Assembly: GCA_043228905.1 (NCBI GenBank)
Contig: JBHGNT010000004.1
Span: 4,030,001 to 4,094,000 of the forward strand
Direction: 5' to 3'
Length of the DNA stretch: 64,000 nt
Source: Azolla caroliniana
Lineage: Eukaryota; Plantae; Polypodiophyta
A model generated the notes under the pieces. It had not been told where the DNA came from. It saw only the letters and a program-made list of their open reading frames with translations, and did no database searches. Every line of letters starts with the position of its first letter. The first letter of the stretch is position 1. Both the position numbers and the translations under genes were made by a program. This document shows, in pieces, positions 24,801-36,429 of the stretch.

Positions 24801-26704
24801 AAGTATCCTACCGGCATCTGAAGGTGTTCGGGTGTCTCGCATATGTGCATGTGGCAAAGGACCGGAGAGGAAAGCTAGATCCAAAGACCCGGCCATGCAT
24901 ATTCCTCGGTTACGGCGATGACGAGTTCGGCTACCGAGTATGGGACCCGGTCGACAAAAAGATATTCCGGAGTCGTGATATCATCTTCATGGAGGACAAG
25001 ACATTCGCCGACTGGGAGTCGGAGAAGAAGATGAAGAGCTCCAAGTCGACCGGTGAGGATCAACTCTACGAGGAGCAGTCCCGACCGGCAAGGGACCGGT
25101 TAGCACTCGAGGATCCGGCCGAAGACGGTGAAGAAACAGAACCGGCCGAGGAAGATGAAACTGATACTGGAACCGGCCCCGATCCCGAAATGGATTCGGA
25201 TGAAGAGGAAACGGAGGAGCCGGTTACCGAAGCTCCGGAACGGAGATATCCTCTAAGAGAGAGAAGGGCCCCCCGGAGATGTCCGGAACCAGAGCACGTG
25301 CTGCTAACCGACGAAGGGGAGCCGGAGAGTTTTGAAGAAGCAAAGCTTGACACCCATAGCCGCAGGTGGCTAAGTGCCATGCAGGAGGAGATGGATTCCC
25401 TGCATGAGAACCACACATATGAACTTGTGGAGTTGCCGAAAGGAAAGCGGGCACTTCGAAACAAGTGGGTGTTCAAGCTGAAACCGGGAGATGCCGGAAA
25501 CCCCCCGAGATACAAAGCCAGGATCGTGGTGAAGGGGTTCCAGCAGAAGAAGGGCGTCGACTTCGACGAGATATTTGCCCCGGTAGTGAAGATGACCTCC
25601 ATCCGGACGGTGCTGAGCATAGCGGCAAGCATGGACCTCGAGGTAGAAGAGATGGACGTGAAGACGACATTCCTTCACGGTGACCTCGAAGAAGAGATCT
25701 ACATGCAGCAACCGGAAGGATTCGAGAAGAAAGGGAAGGAGCACCTGGTATGCCGGTTGAAGAAGAGCCTTTACGGACTGAAGCAGGCTCCCCGGCAATG
25801 GTACCGGAAGTTCGACTCTTTTATGACCGACGAAGGGTACCACAAAACGCAGTCCGATCACTACGTGTTTGTGAAGAAGTTCGAAGGAGGAGACTTTCTA
25901 ATACTCCTCCTGTACGTTGTCGCGAAGAAAACCGTCGATAAGCGGGATCGGCGCACCAAGGCGTGGGAACCGGTTCTTCACGCGCGCACGCTCCAAGTTG
26001 TACATAGAATCGAATTAGGAGGATAATCGGCAGGAACGGGCCCTAACACGAGTGGAGACAAAGACCACGCGAACAGTCTTTTCGGTCGCGCGCGCGAACT
26101 GTACGAATCGGCGGCGTAACTACGCGGATGCGTGAAGAACGGAGCGGATCCCTGTCCAAAAGGGACAGGGAATAAAGCTGACATGACGGCCTGCTCGTCC
26201 GCCTATATAAGGAGCAGGAAAGAGCTGTTGCAGGGATCTCGCGCAGAGAGGACGAAGTGCTGTCGGACCGTTTCTGGACGCTTCTCTCTCTGTTTCCTTC
26301 CTTCTTGAGCTCCATAGCTTTCTGTGCAGGGTCCCGAGGAGGCTTGCGCTGTTTCGAGGAACGCCCGAGTGCTTCCGGCAGCACCTCCGACCTGCTACCC
26401 CTTTGTGCGTCGAAGCGAACAAGCATCGGCATCTGTTCGCCGGCCTGTTCGGTTGTAACCAACCTGTGCCCCATCGAGGGTTGTAGTCGTGTTAGCCATT
26501 TTGTTAATATACATATTTAGTCATTCGCATCTGTCTGTGTCGGTGTTAGTTCGCGTTCTCCGTGCTGAAGGGCCGTGTCCCTGTGTATCCCCGGTCCTGC
26601 GTAGCCGGTTCTCTCTCTTTCTCCTCCCTCGCTTGCTCTTTGGTTCGAGACCCCCGCGGTCCCGCCTCGTTTCCACACGCACTTGCGTAATATTTTGACA
26701 TCTT

Positions 26705-26722
26705 TGGTGAACCCGACGTGAA
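26705..26722 (+). promoter_or_regulatory. Primer binding site, tRNA-Trp
   Basis: TGGTGAACCCGACGTGAA is complementary to the plant cytosolic tRNA-Trp 3' end as I recall it (TTCACGTCGGGTTCACCA); the same PBS is at 39372, 41949 (1 mismatch) and 53941 (-). Confidence 0.85.
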
Positions 26723-26744
26723 AGAGGCGGCAGAAGAGCAAAAG

Positions 26745-28851
26745 ATGAGGGGGTCGGACCTTGCAGAGGCCATGGCTTCGGCCGTGGATCGGATTGTAAA
26801 CGCGCGCGAGGGCACCGGTGCCCTCGACAGAGCTATTGAGGCGGTCGTCGGCACGATCGGCCGGTTCGATGGGAAGGATGCCACGAAGTATTTGGCGTCC
26901 TACGGTGCAGAGATGCTGATGCGGGACATTCCGGAAGAAAGACGTCTTGCCGGATTTCCCCGAGTGGCGATGCCGAGCATCCATGCGGAGGTGCTCGAGG
27001 TGCGGGCGGAGAGCCGTACCTGGGAGGAGTTCGAAGGTCGGCTCCTAGAGAAATACGGGCTGGACGACGCGCTCCGGCTTTCGAAGCGAAGGTTCATGGA
27101 ATGGGAAGAAACGCGTCGGCACTCCTCCGGGAGTTCGAGGAAAACTTTGCGCGCCTCTCGGCGCTCGACCGAACCATCCTGGACACGAGCCGGGTCTTGC
27201 TGTTTGTCAAGTCGGTCGACGAGCGGGACCGGGAGCAAGTGGGCCTCTTGCTGGAAACCGAAGACGGGCTCACTACCGACTGGGCGGCTGTCAAGAAAGT
27301 CTGTGGCCGTTTCGACAAACGGCGAGAATGGGCGGATAACGGGGCAACCGGGTCGGGCTCAGTCGCAGCAAGGAAGCTCGAACCAGCGCCACAGGGGCGA
27401 AAGGAAGAGACCCGAGAGTGGTTGGAAACCGGTTCGGCTTCGACCGGCGTAGTCAGAGGCTCAACCGGAGGAGCGGCGCTGGAGGATTTGACGAGGGCGA
27501 TAAAGGACCTCCAAATCGCGCAAGCCCGAAGGGAAGGTGGCGAACCGGCTCGTGACCGACGGCCGGCGGCAGGAAACAGGTGCATGTGGTGCGATGAAGT
27601 CGGCCACATTCGGAAGGACTGCGGCGACTTCGCGGAGGCGCTGAGGAATAGGGTGGTGTACCTGTGGGAAGGACGGGTGCATGCCAGCGACACCCGAAGG
27701 GCCCTGAGCCGAAACGACGGGCGAGGTGGTATGAAAAGGTTGATGGAAGAGGCGGCGGCCCGACACGCGGAAACCGTCCACTACTCGGCGTCGGCCGGCA
27801 TTCGAGTCGGGGGCAGCGAGGCCCGAAGGGAAAGCAAAGCCGGATTCTGGCCGACGATGCTGGAAGGCCTTGCCGGTGCAAGACTTAAAAGGGAGGAATC
27901 AGACCGTGCGGAGAAACGGGTACGGGAGATGACCGGGTGGAGCGACCCGGTCGAGGAAAAGACGGGCTTCGTGGAAGCCGCTTGCCAGAACTACGAGGCT
28001 CTGGTAGAAGAGAAGCGGGTGGGGAAACCCGGGACGACCGGGCCCTCACAACGATACGAGACCCGGTCCGGGCCACGACGGGACGAAGCCGGCGGGGCCG
28101 GTACGCAAGATAAACCCCAGAAGGGCGGGTACCGTCTGGGGACGGAGATAGAAAGGACCACGGACTTACGAAAGGTCCTGGAGGAACGGATCCTCGACAG
28201 CAAGGTGGAGTTGTCGTTACGAGAGGTGCTGGGAATCGCCAAGAAGGAGTTCCACGACTCCATCGTGGACTTGGTGAAACGGAAGAGGCTGTCAACGGAG
28301 ACAGAACCGGAAAGACCGGTGGAAGTGCGGACGACGCACCTAGACGACATGGCGCTGGGAGACGAGTGGGCAGAAAGCCACTATTCGAGACCACACTGGG
28401 CCCGAGCGACCACGGAAATCCGGTGAAGATCGGCGATGTCCAGGAACCGGTGATAGCTTTGGTGGACCACGGATCGGAGATCAATTTGATCTCCATGGAC
28501 TTCTATAAGAAGGGCAAATGGTCGATCAACACCAAGCACGGGTGGAAAATAAGGGCAGCAACGCGCGCCACCGAGGAACTGCACGGGGCCTGTCCGAATG
28601 TGCGAGTCAAGATCGGCGACGTCGAGATTGACCAGCACTTCTTCGTGCAGGAGACGTCTTCGCATCCGGTCATACTGGGAGAGCCGTACATCATGGCGGC
28701 GCGAATGGAGACCAAGGTGCTGGACAATGGTTCGGCCTACGCGAGGGTCAAAAGCCAAGACGGGCGCCATTCGATCCAGTTTCTGACGGTACGGCCGAAC
28801 CACGAACGTAACCGCGACTCCCTCGGTTCCGAAAACCGAGAGGATTTTTAG
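26745..28851 (+). pseudogene. Gag-protease of F, frameshifted at ~27100 and ~28420
   Basis: Colinear with the intact ORF of G; CMWCDEVGHIRKDC knuckle; LVDHGSEINL protease. Confidence 0.88.
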
Positions 28852-28907
28852 AGAGGACTGCCAAGGCGTGGGGCCGCAACAGTCCGGATGCTCCGGGAAA
28901 ACCCCAC
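28842..28907 (+). promoter_or_regulatory. Putative -1 ribosomal frameshift signal (G_GAU_UUU plus pseudoknot)
   Basis: Heptamer 28842-28848 immediately before the gag-PR stop; stems GGACTG/CAGTCC and GTGGGG/CCCCAC; -1 frame open into pol. Confidence 0.75.
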
Positions 28908-31900
28908 ATCTGTACGATAAAACCGTGTACAATAGGTAGGAAATTTTGCTTCTCTGACAACGGAGCATGTACGATGGTCGGCATCGCCGGCCGAGAGAAA
29001 ACAAAGACGGAGGGGAGACTTCGGGCGTGCGGAGTTCTCGGCCCTGACGAAGAAATCAACGGAGCCGTGGAGACAGTCTCCTTCGACGACACCTTGGGAA
29101 TGCTGGGGAAGGTAGTCGAAGAAGACCTTAACGAAGACCGGACGATACCGGTATGTTCCGAAGAAATGTACGAAGTCATCGCGGACTTCGGTCGAGGGCT
29201 CGAGTCGGAACGGACGGCCCGAGTTAGCACCAAGTACAAGACTGTGGACCGGAAGGTGAGGCCAGTTGCGGCGCCCTTACCGGAGGGCAGCGAATCCCGA
29301 ATCAAAGGGGTTGCATCGGACCCCAGCTTACGAGATCCGGCCTGCATAGGACACACCTTCACCAACGAGACGCTCCGCGAGCTGAAGATCGGTGGGGGCG
29401 GGTTCCTACTGCCGGTGGAGGAAGACCGGTTTCGGAGAATGCTCGGAAGGCACGGGAAAGCCTTCGCATTCTCACCGGAGGAAATCGGGTGCGTAGATCC
29501 GACGATCGTAGAGCCAATGGTGATATTCACGGTACCGCATGTACCGTGGAATCTCAAGCCAATTCCGGTTCCGAGAGCTCACATCCCGAAGTTGATGGAG
29601 CTGTTGAAGCAGAAAGTTGATATGGGCATTCTCGAGCCGTCGAGCGCCCCGTATTCAAACCGATGGTTTACCGTACCAAAGAAAAACGGATCGTTGCGCT
29701 TCATTCAGGACCTGCAGCCGGTCAATAGAGTGACCATTCGGAACGCAGGGATCGGACCGACCATAGACGAGTTCGCGGAGGCCTTCGCCGGAAGGTCGAT
29801 TTACTCGGTCGGTGATCTATACTCAGGGTACGACCAGTTCCAGCTAGCCGTGGAGAGCAGAGACATTACGACGATGCGAACTCCCCTCGGCCTAGTGCGG
29901 ATGTGTACGCTGCCGCAAGGAGGGACCAACTCGGTGGCCCACATGGTGAATGCAATGAACAAGGTGCTGAGGGACTGCATCCCGGACATCACCATGCCGT
30001 TTCTAGACGACATCCCGATCAAGGGATGCCCGGTAGAAGAGAAGGACGAGACGATCGGGCCGGACGGATGCCGGCGATTCGTGATGTCGCACATCGACGA
30101 CTGCGAGAAGGTGCTGCAAAGGCTAGAGGATGCGAGGCTCACCTTCTCGAGGGATAAGTCAGCCTTCGGGCAGTCGGAAATCATGGTGGTCGGACATTTA
30201 TGTGGACCATATGGCCGGAAACCGTCTCCGGCAAAGGTAGAAGCCATCTCCGCGATGAAGCCTGATTGCAGCTCGGTCACGGAAGTACGAAGATTCTTGG
30301 GAGCATGCGCCTTCTACCACATATGGATCCCGCATTACGCGCACGTCGCGGAGCCGCTGTACGGATTATTGAAGAAAGGGCGAAGATTCGAATGGCTAGA
30401 CCAGCACACGGAGTCGGTCCGGAAGCTGAAGGAGGCTCTTTCGGCAGCACCGGCGCTCCGAAGGGCCGTCTACAGGAAGGGCACCCCAGTGTACATAACG
30501 GTTGACACGAGTCCGACCGGAATCGGGTGGGTCGTCAACCAAGAAGACGAGGACGGCAATCGGTTTCCGATCCAATTTGGCGCGAAGGTCCTCAGTGAGC
30601 GGCAGCGAGGATACGCCCAGGTTAAACGCGAACTCTGGGGTATCGTTTCGGCGGTGAAGGCCGACAAGGACTATCTGATCGGGACAGAGGTATTCATAGA
30701 GACGGATTGCATGCCGATTCTCGGCATGGTTTCCGGATGCGCGACGCCGGACCTGGCAATGCTCAGGTGGATAGCGTACATCAAGTCCCTGGACCCGGAA
30801 ATACGACACATTTCCGGGAAAGACAACGCCATGGCCGACATGCTTTCAAGGGCGAGATTCGATGACGAGGGCGGCATGGTTTCGGAGGACGAAGAATTCA
30901 GCGTGGACTTCTTCGAGGCAGCATATGTAACAACCGACGGAACAAGCACTCCGGCGCTTAACGACTTCGACGCGAGCAAGTACGACGGGGAGTGGTTGCA
31001 GATCGGTGGGTTTTTGAAGACAAAGACGCCCGATGCGTCATGGACGAAGGACGAGGCCAACCGGATCCGGAAGAAAGCGTACCGGTTCTTTCTCCGGGAT
31101 GGCTATCTATGGAAGCACCCGAAGAAGAGGGACGGCGCTCCGCTCCGGGTGGTGGCGATGAAGGAAGATCAGGAGGAGCTGCTAGCGGCCTACCACGACA
31201 GCCCTTGGGCTGGACACCGTGGAACATGGGCTACGTTCGAGAAACTGAAGGGGAAGTATTGGTGGTCGGGGCAGTACCAGGACGTGCATCGGTTCGTGAC
31301 AACTTGCGAGAGCTGTCAGATGCACTCCATAGTCCGACATCGAGACGAGCTTCACCCTACGTACCCTCCGACCATCCACTTCAAATGGATGGTAGATCTG
31401 GTGACGATGCCAATGGGGGTAGGACAGATGCGGTACCTGGTCCTAGCGCGGGAGGATCTGACGAACCAGGTGGAAGGCCGGGCCCTTCCGAACAAAACGA
31501 CCGCGGCCGTATGTCGGTTCCTAATCGAGGACGTGGTATGCCGGTACGGGTGCGTCGGGAAGATCGTGGCTGACCGAGGGGAGTTGGACGCCGAAGAAGC
31601 CGCGGAGCTGTTCGACCGGCTGGGAGTCAAGCTCTCGCTCACCACTGCGTACAATCCGGAGGCGAATGGAAAGGTGGAGCGCGGACACGGACCGATCGTC
31701 AAGGCGTTGGTTCGGGCATGCGGAGGCCGAGTCGGTAACTGGCCGCGACTGCTACCTTATGCTTTGTGGGCAGACCGGACCACGCACAGTTCGGTAACCG
31801 GGTACATGCCGACGGAGCTCATGTTCGGCCAGAAGCCGATCATGCCGATGGAACGGACGATCTCCTCGTGGGCAACGGTCGACTGGAGGGACGAGATGAA

Positions 31901-32330
31901 CCGGGAGGAGTTGTTGGCCGCGCGTATACGACAACTCGAGCGGAGACCGGAGGACGTGAAGCTGGCTGCGGAGAAGCTCCGGGTGGCGAGGACAAAGAAC
32001 AAAGCCAGGTTCGACCGAACGCACCGGCTCCGACCGAAGAAAATCGAAGAAGGTGACTGGGTGCTCGTCTACGACAGCAGCCTCGACAACCAGCACCGAG
32101 CTACACGGAAGTTCGCACGAAGGTGGTTCGGGCCTTACGTGGTACGGAGCGCCAATGACAACGGGACATATCACCTGGCGAAACTCGACGGCACGAGAAT
32201 GGCGATACCGGTTGCAGGGAAGCGGATCAAAGCGTTCAAGAAGCGACACGACGACGAGCCAGACCCGGCTCTCCTAGTCAGCAGTGACGAACGATCCGAA
32301 AACGAGGAAGAACCGACGGGCGAGGAATGA
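28842..32330 (+). CDS. Intact gypsy Pol (RT-RNase H-integrase); ORF track starts at ATG 28974 but the frame is open from the slip site
   Basis: YSVGDLYSGYDQ, LPQGGTNS, PFLDD; VDTS RNase H; H-X6-H...CESC, DDE, WFGPYVV; no chromodomain. Confidence 0.92.
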   Translation, partial: GFLERTAKAWGRNSPDAPGKPHICTIKPCTIGRKFCFSDNGACTMVGIAGREKTKTEGRLRACGVLGPDEEINGAVETVSFDDTLGMLGKVVEEDLNEDRTIPVCSEEMYEVIADFGRGLESERTARVSTKYKTVDRKVRPVAAPLPEGSESRIKGVASDPSLRDPACIGHTFTNETLRELKIGGGGFLLPVEEDRFRRMLGRHGKAFAFSPEEIGCVDPTIVEPMVIFTVPHVPWNLKPIPVPRAHIPKLMELLKQKVDMGILEPSSAPYSNRWFTVPKKNGSLRFIQDLQPVNRVTIRNAGIGPTIDEFAEAFAGRSIYSVGDLYSGYDQFQLAVESRDITTMRTPLGLVRMCTLPQGGTNSVAHMVNAMNKVLRDCIPDITMPFLDDIPIKGCPVEEKDETIGPDGCRRFVMSHIDDCEKVLQRLEDARLTFSRDKSAFGQSEIMVVGHLCGPYGRKPSPAKVEAISAMKPDCSSVTEVRRFLGACAFYHIWIPHYAHVAEPLYGLLKKGRRFEWLDQHTESVRKLKEALSAAPALRRAVYRKGTPVYITVDTSPTGIGWVVNQEDEDGNRFPIQFGAKVLSERQRGYAQVKRELWGIVSAVKADKDYLIGTEVFIETDCMPILGMVSGCATPDLAMLRWIAYIKSLDPEIRHISGKDNAMADMLSRARFDDEGGMVSEDEEFSVDFFEAAYVTTDGTSTPALNDFDASKYDGEWLQIGGFLKTKTPDASWTKDEANRIRKKAYRFFLRDGYLWKHPKKRDGAPLRVVAMKEDQEELLAAYHDSPWAGHRGTWATFEKLKGKYWWSGQYQDVHRFVTTCESCQMHSIVRHRDELHPTYPPTIHFKWMVDLVTMPMGVGQMRYLVLAREDLTNQVEGRALPNKTTAAVCRFLIEDVVCRYGCVGKIVADRGELDAEEAAELFDRLGVKLSLTTAYNPEANGKVERGHGPIVKALVRACGGRVGNWPRLLPYALWADRTTHSSVTGYMPTELMFGQKPIMPMERTISSWATVDWRDEMNREELLAARIRQLERRPEDVKLAAEKLRVARTKNKARFDRTHRLRPKKIEEGDWVLVYDSSLDNQHRATRKFARRWFGPYVVRSANDNGTYHLAKLDGTRMAIPVAGKRIKAFKKRHDDEPDPALLVSSDERSENEEEPTGEE

Positions 32331-34810
32331 AGACGGGCCGGTTTTCTCCGACCCAACTCTCTTGGCGCATACCGGAGGATGCGCGGTTAGGTGGGGGCGG
32401 ATGTCGCGAAGAAAACCGTCGATAAGCGGGATCGGCGCACCAAGGCGTGGGAACCGGTTCTTCACGCGCGCACGCTCCAAGTTGTACATAGAAGCGAATT
32501 AGGAGGATAATCGGCAGGAACGGGCCCTAACACGAGTGGAGACAAAGACCGCGCGAACAGTCTTTTCGGTCGCGCGCGCGAACTGTACGAATCGGCGGCG
32601 TAACTACGCGGATGCGTGAAGAACGGAGCGGATCCCTGTCCAAAAGGGACATGGAATAAAGCTGACATGACGGCCTGCTCGTCGGCCTATATAAGGAGCA
32701 GGAAAGAGCTGTTGCAGGGATCTCGCGCAGAGAGGACGAAGTGCTGTCGGACCGTTTCTGGACGCTTCTCTCTCTGTTTCCTTCCTTCTTGAGCTCCATA
32801 GCTTTCTGTGCAGGGTCCCGAGGAGGCTCGCGCTGTTTCGAGGAACGCCCGAGTGCTTCCGACAGCACCTCCGACCTGCTACCCCTTTGTGCGTCGAAGC
32901 GAACAAGCATCGGCATCTGTTCGCCGGCCTGTTCGGTTGTAACCAACCTGTGCCCCATCGAGGGTTGTAGTCGTGTTAGCCATTTTGTTAATATACATAT
33001 TTAGTCATTCGCATCTGTCTGTGTCGGTGTCAGTTCGCGTTCTCCGTGCTGAAGGGCCGTGTCCCTGTGTATCCCCGGTCCTGCGTAGCCGGTTCTCTCT
33101 CTTTCTCCTCCCTCGCTTGCTCTTTGGTTCGAGACCCCCGCGGTCCCGCCTCGTTTCCACACGCACTTGCGTAATATCTCGACAACGTGGACGACATGTT
33201 GATCGTCGGACGGGACCAGGTCAAGATACGGATGCTGAAGAAGGCTCTTCACCGAACCTTCTCAATGAAGGACCTAGGTCCGGCGAGGCAAATACTAGGG
33301 ATGCACATCATCCGGGACCGGAAGAAGAAGCAGTTGTGGCTGTCACAGGAGAAGTACGTGACAAAGGTGCTTCAACGGTTCAACATGTCGGAAGCAAGAC
33401 CGGTCGGATCAACCCTCCCGGCAAACTGCAAGTTGTCCAGCAAGCAAAGCCCCAAGACAAAGGCTGAGAAGGAGGAAATGATGAAAGTACCATATGCCTC
33501 TGCCGTCGGAAGCTTGATGTACGCAATGGTGTGTACAAGACCGGACATAGGATATGCAGTCGGAGTGGTGAGCCGGTACATGAGCAATCCCGGCAAAGAG
33601 CACTGGAACGCGGCCAAGTGGATACTCCGATACCTGAAGGGCACGGCAAACGTGTGCCTCCGATTCGGCTCCGGTAAGCCCGAACTCGACGGCTTTACCG
33701 ATTCGGATATGTCGGCTGATGTAGATACCAGCCGGTCCACATCAGGGTATGTGATGATGTATGCAGGGGGAGCTGTTTCGTGGCAGTCAAGGCTGCAGAA
33801 GACGGTTGCATTGTCAACCACGGAGGCGGAGTACATGGCGGCTGTTGAAGCCGGCAAGGAAATAATATGGATGAAGGACTTCATTAGAGAGCTCGGTATC
33901 CGGTAGGAGGAGTACCGACTCTACTGCGACAGTCAGAGTGCCATCCATCTTGCGAAGAATGCGGCCTATCACTCCCGGACGAAGCACATCCAGCGAAGAT
34001 ATCACTGGATCCGGGAAAGGATAGAAGACCAGGAGTTCGTGCTGACGAAGATCCACACGGACGAGAACGGGTCAGACATGCTGACCAAAGTGCTCACACC
34101 CGACAAGCTAGAAGCGTGCCGGAAGAAGGTCGGACTGGAAAGACATCCCATGCCGAAGTGAAGGGGGAGTTTGTTGGGATTACGGTCCCTCCGGATGGGA
34201 TGGTCGGATGTCCGGGAATCGGGAATGAAGACCCGAATGAGGAGTAACCGGTATCGGAGCCGGATGATGAAGACCCGGTTCCGGATCCGGATGATGAAGA
34301 CCCCGGCTACGGAGCCGGATGACGAATGTACCCGGAGAGAGATCCGGATGCGGGGACATATTTGTGAATATGTTTGCCAAGGGCCCTTGAGGCTATATTT
34401 GTAAATAGCCCAAAAGTCATATGTGTATAAATATGACTTAGGGCAAACAGTTTTGGCTGCTGTTGTTGTTGTTGCTCATTTTCTGTTTTTTCCACTTAGA
34501 GGGAGCGAAGTGAGAACAGCCGAGAGAGAGAGTGAGAGAGAGAGAAAGGAAGAGGTCGACGCCTCTGTGTAATACCGCCGCCTGTGGCGAGGACAGCGAG
34601 CTCAAGGTCGTTGCCTTGTAGCTTCACCATTGTACATCTCTGTTTATAGTGATAGTTGGAGTTTGAGGACTCCCGTGGTTTTTCCCATTTAGGGTTTTCC
34701 ACGTAAAACATCCTGTGTACTCTTCTCTCTATTGTCTTCGTGCATTTTGTATTTCCTGTTTTCTGTGAGTTGATCCTATTCCTCGGTGGCGGCCGAGCAC
34801 TGTGTTCAAC

Positions 34811-34855
<45 letters not shown>

Positions 34856-36269
34856 CCTCTCTCTCTCTTCCTTCTCTTTCATGTTGAACCCGCTTGGGAG
34901 GGGGGTTGAGCCATTCTAGGCACCACCCCCCACCCCACAATGCTTCTCAACATCTTCACCATCTCCATCCCCATCACTACCCTACTATCATCATAATCAT
35001 TATCCCTAACCCTAAAACTTACAACACTTTTTGGTGACCACTAAGGTGCCCCCCTTTGGAGACGAAGTCGAAGACTAATACGTGGCAAAGACATGGCAAC
35101 GATGAAATGTGCGAGAATGGTGGCGATGGTGTGCGAGAAATCAAATTGACGATGTGCAACAAATGGCAATCACAATGTGTGAGACAAAGTTGAGGAATTA
35201 GACAACAAGGACTATGTGTGGGAAATGGTGATAGTGATTGGAAGCCGTTGAGGAATGCAACACGGTGATGTTGTGCGAGAGGAAGTCGCAGAATCATACA
35301 CAACGGAAGTATGTGCAAGAGAATACGAAATGGAATCAACCAGAGTGCAAGAATGGCAATGACGTATGTGAAATTGTGTTGTTAGCGACAATGTGTGTGT
35401 GTAGGAAAGCATGGTGTGAGAGACAACCAAAAAGACAAAGACGAACAATGACATGGTCGGATGAACAACGACGGAGAAGGAACCGGCAAAGAAACTTCGG
35501 ATACAAGTAGCACAAAGGGAACCAGTGCCAGCACGGCCGGAAAGAGTAGCCCACCAGGAGACTGCGGAGGCCGACAGGAGGTGCTGAGGACTCACAAGAG
35601 ATGGTTCCAGAAGAAGCGACAGAAGTGATGTCCGAACCTGTAACTAGAACCAGAACCAGAGTTGGTTGACACCGAAGGGCCAAAGAAGACGGAGAAGGCG
35701 ATGCAAACGCAATAGATATAGTCGAACCAGAAGAAGGACACGACCAAAACGGAACGAGGCAACCGCACAGGCGCCAGACAGGGTGAGCATAGACCGAGAC
35801 AACAGCCGTATAACTACGGTGTCGTGAAGAATTTCGGCCAGAGGCGGAAACCGGGAAACATTGGCTACATCGGCAGGGTGCAGCGTGTGTACACACCCAT
35901 GCACATTTAGTGTAAATAATGAGGGCGCCTTTATGGCGCCGCAGAGTAGTCAAGTCGGGACAGACGGTCCCATGTAAGTCGGGGTTTATCTCACATTGTA
36001 ACGCATCCCTATCCTTGTTCTATAAAAGGAAGGGAACGCCCTTTTGGAAAGGGTTGCCCATTTTGCATTAGAGGGTATACCGTTAGGTTTAGAGTTAGTT
36101 TCTTCTTCTTCTTCTCCCCCTTCGTGTTCGCTTAGGGTTTGCTTCAGCTCATCTCCTGCGCAAGACCCCGCTCGGCGCGACGAGCCCGCGAGCTCCCCGA
36201 CCGGCGGCTTGGCAGCTGACGACTACTGTAACCTACCTCGGTCCGGCTCGACGCCGGGAATGTATTCTT

Positions 36270-36304
<35 letters not shown>

Positions 36305-36429
36305 GTTTGCGTATGTCTGTGTATATTTGCGTCTTCGTTGGTGTCGGGTGCTTCCCCCTTCCTGCATTTCCTATACTTAAGGGTGTGAGTCGGGTTGGCC
36401 TGTGTGTGCGTGAGTGTGTGTGCGTGAGT

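Larger units (their letters stand above)
25918..33184 (+). mobile_element. Ty3/gypsy (no chromodomain) LTR retrotransposon F, tRNA-Trp primed
   Basis: 783-bp LTRs 25918-26700 and 32402-33184; 4-bp TSD ACGT; PPT-like GTTAGGTGGGGGCGGA before 32402; order gag-PR / RT-RH-INT. Confidence 0.97.
22804..34161 (+). pseudogene. Copia Gag-Pol of E, disrupted (22804-25917 plus 33189-34161)
   Basis: Highly similar to B; small duplication/frameshift in the zinc knuckle (~23503-23548), frameshift ~24230, F inserted in YVDD, stop 33904-33906. Confidence 0.92.
22105..34811 (+). mobile_element. Full-length young Ty1/copia element E (B family), carrying gypsy F inside its RT
   Basis: LTRs 22105-22772 and 34172-34811; perfect TSD TATTT; PBS TGGTATCAGAGC 22776-22787; PPT just before 34172. 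Confidence 0.97.
21831..35026 (+). repeat. Probable 5' LTR of an old gypsy element J (21831-22104 plus 34817-35026), split by copia E
   Basis: TGTT start, TATTTAA box, (CT)n, AACA end, then PBS-like TGGTGACCAC near 35032; no partner LTR in the window. Confidence 0.5.

Noticed and set aside
25918-33184. Nested F seems to have more LTR differences (~9/783) than its host E (~4/640)
   Set aside because: Counts are small and made by eye; compatible with sampling noise and CpG hypermutability.
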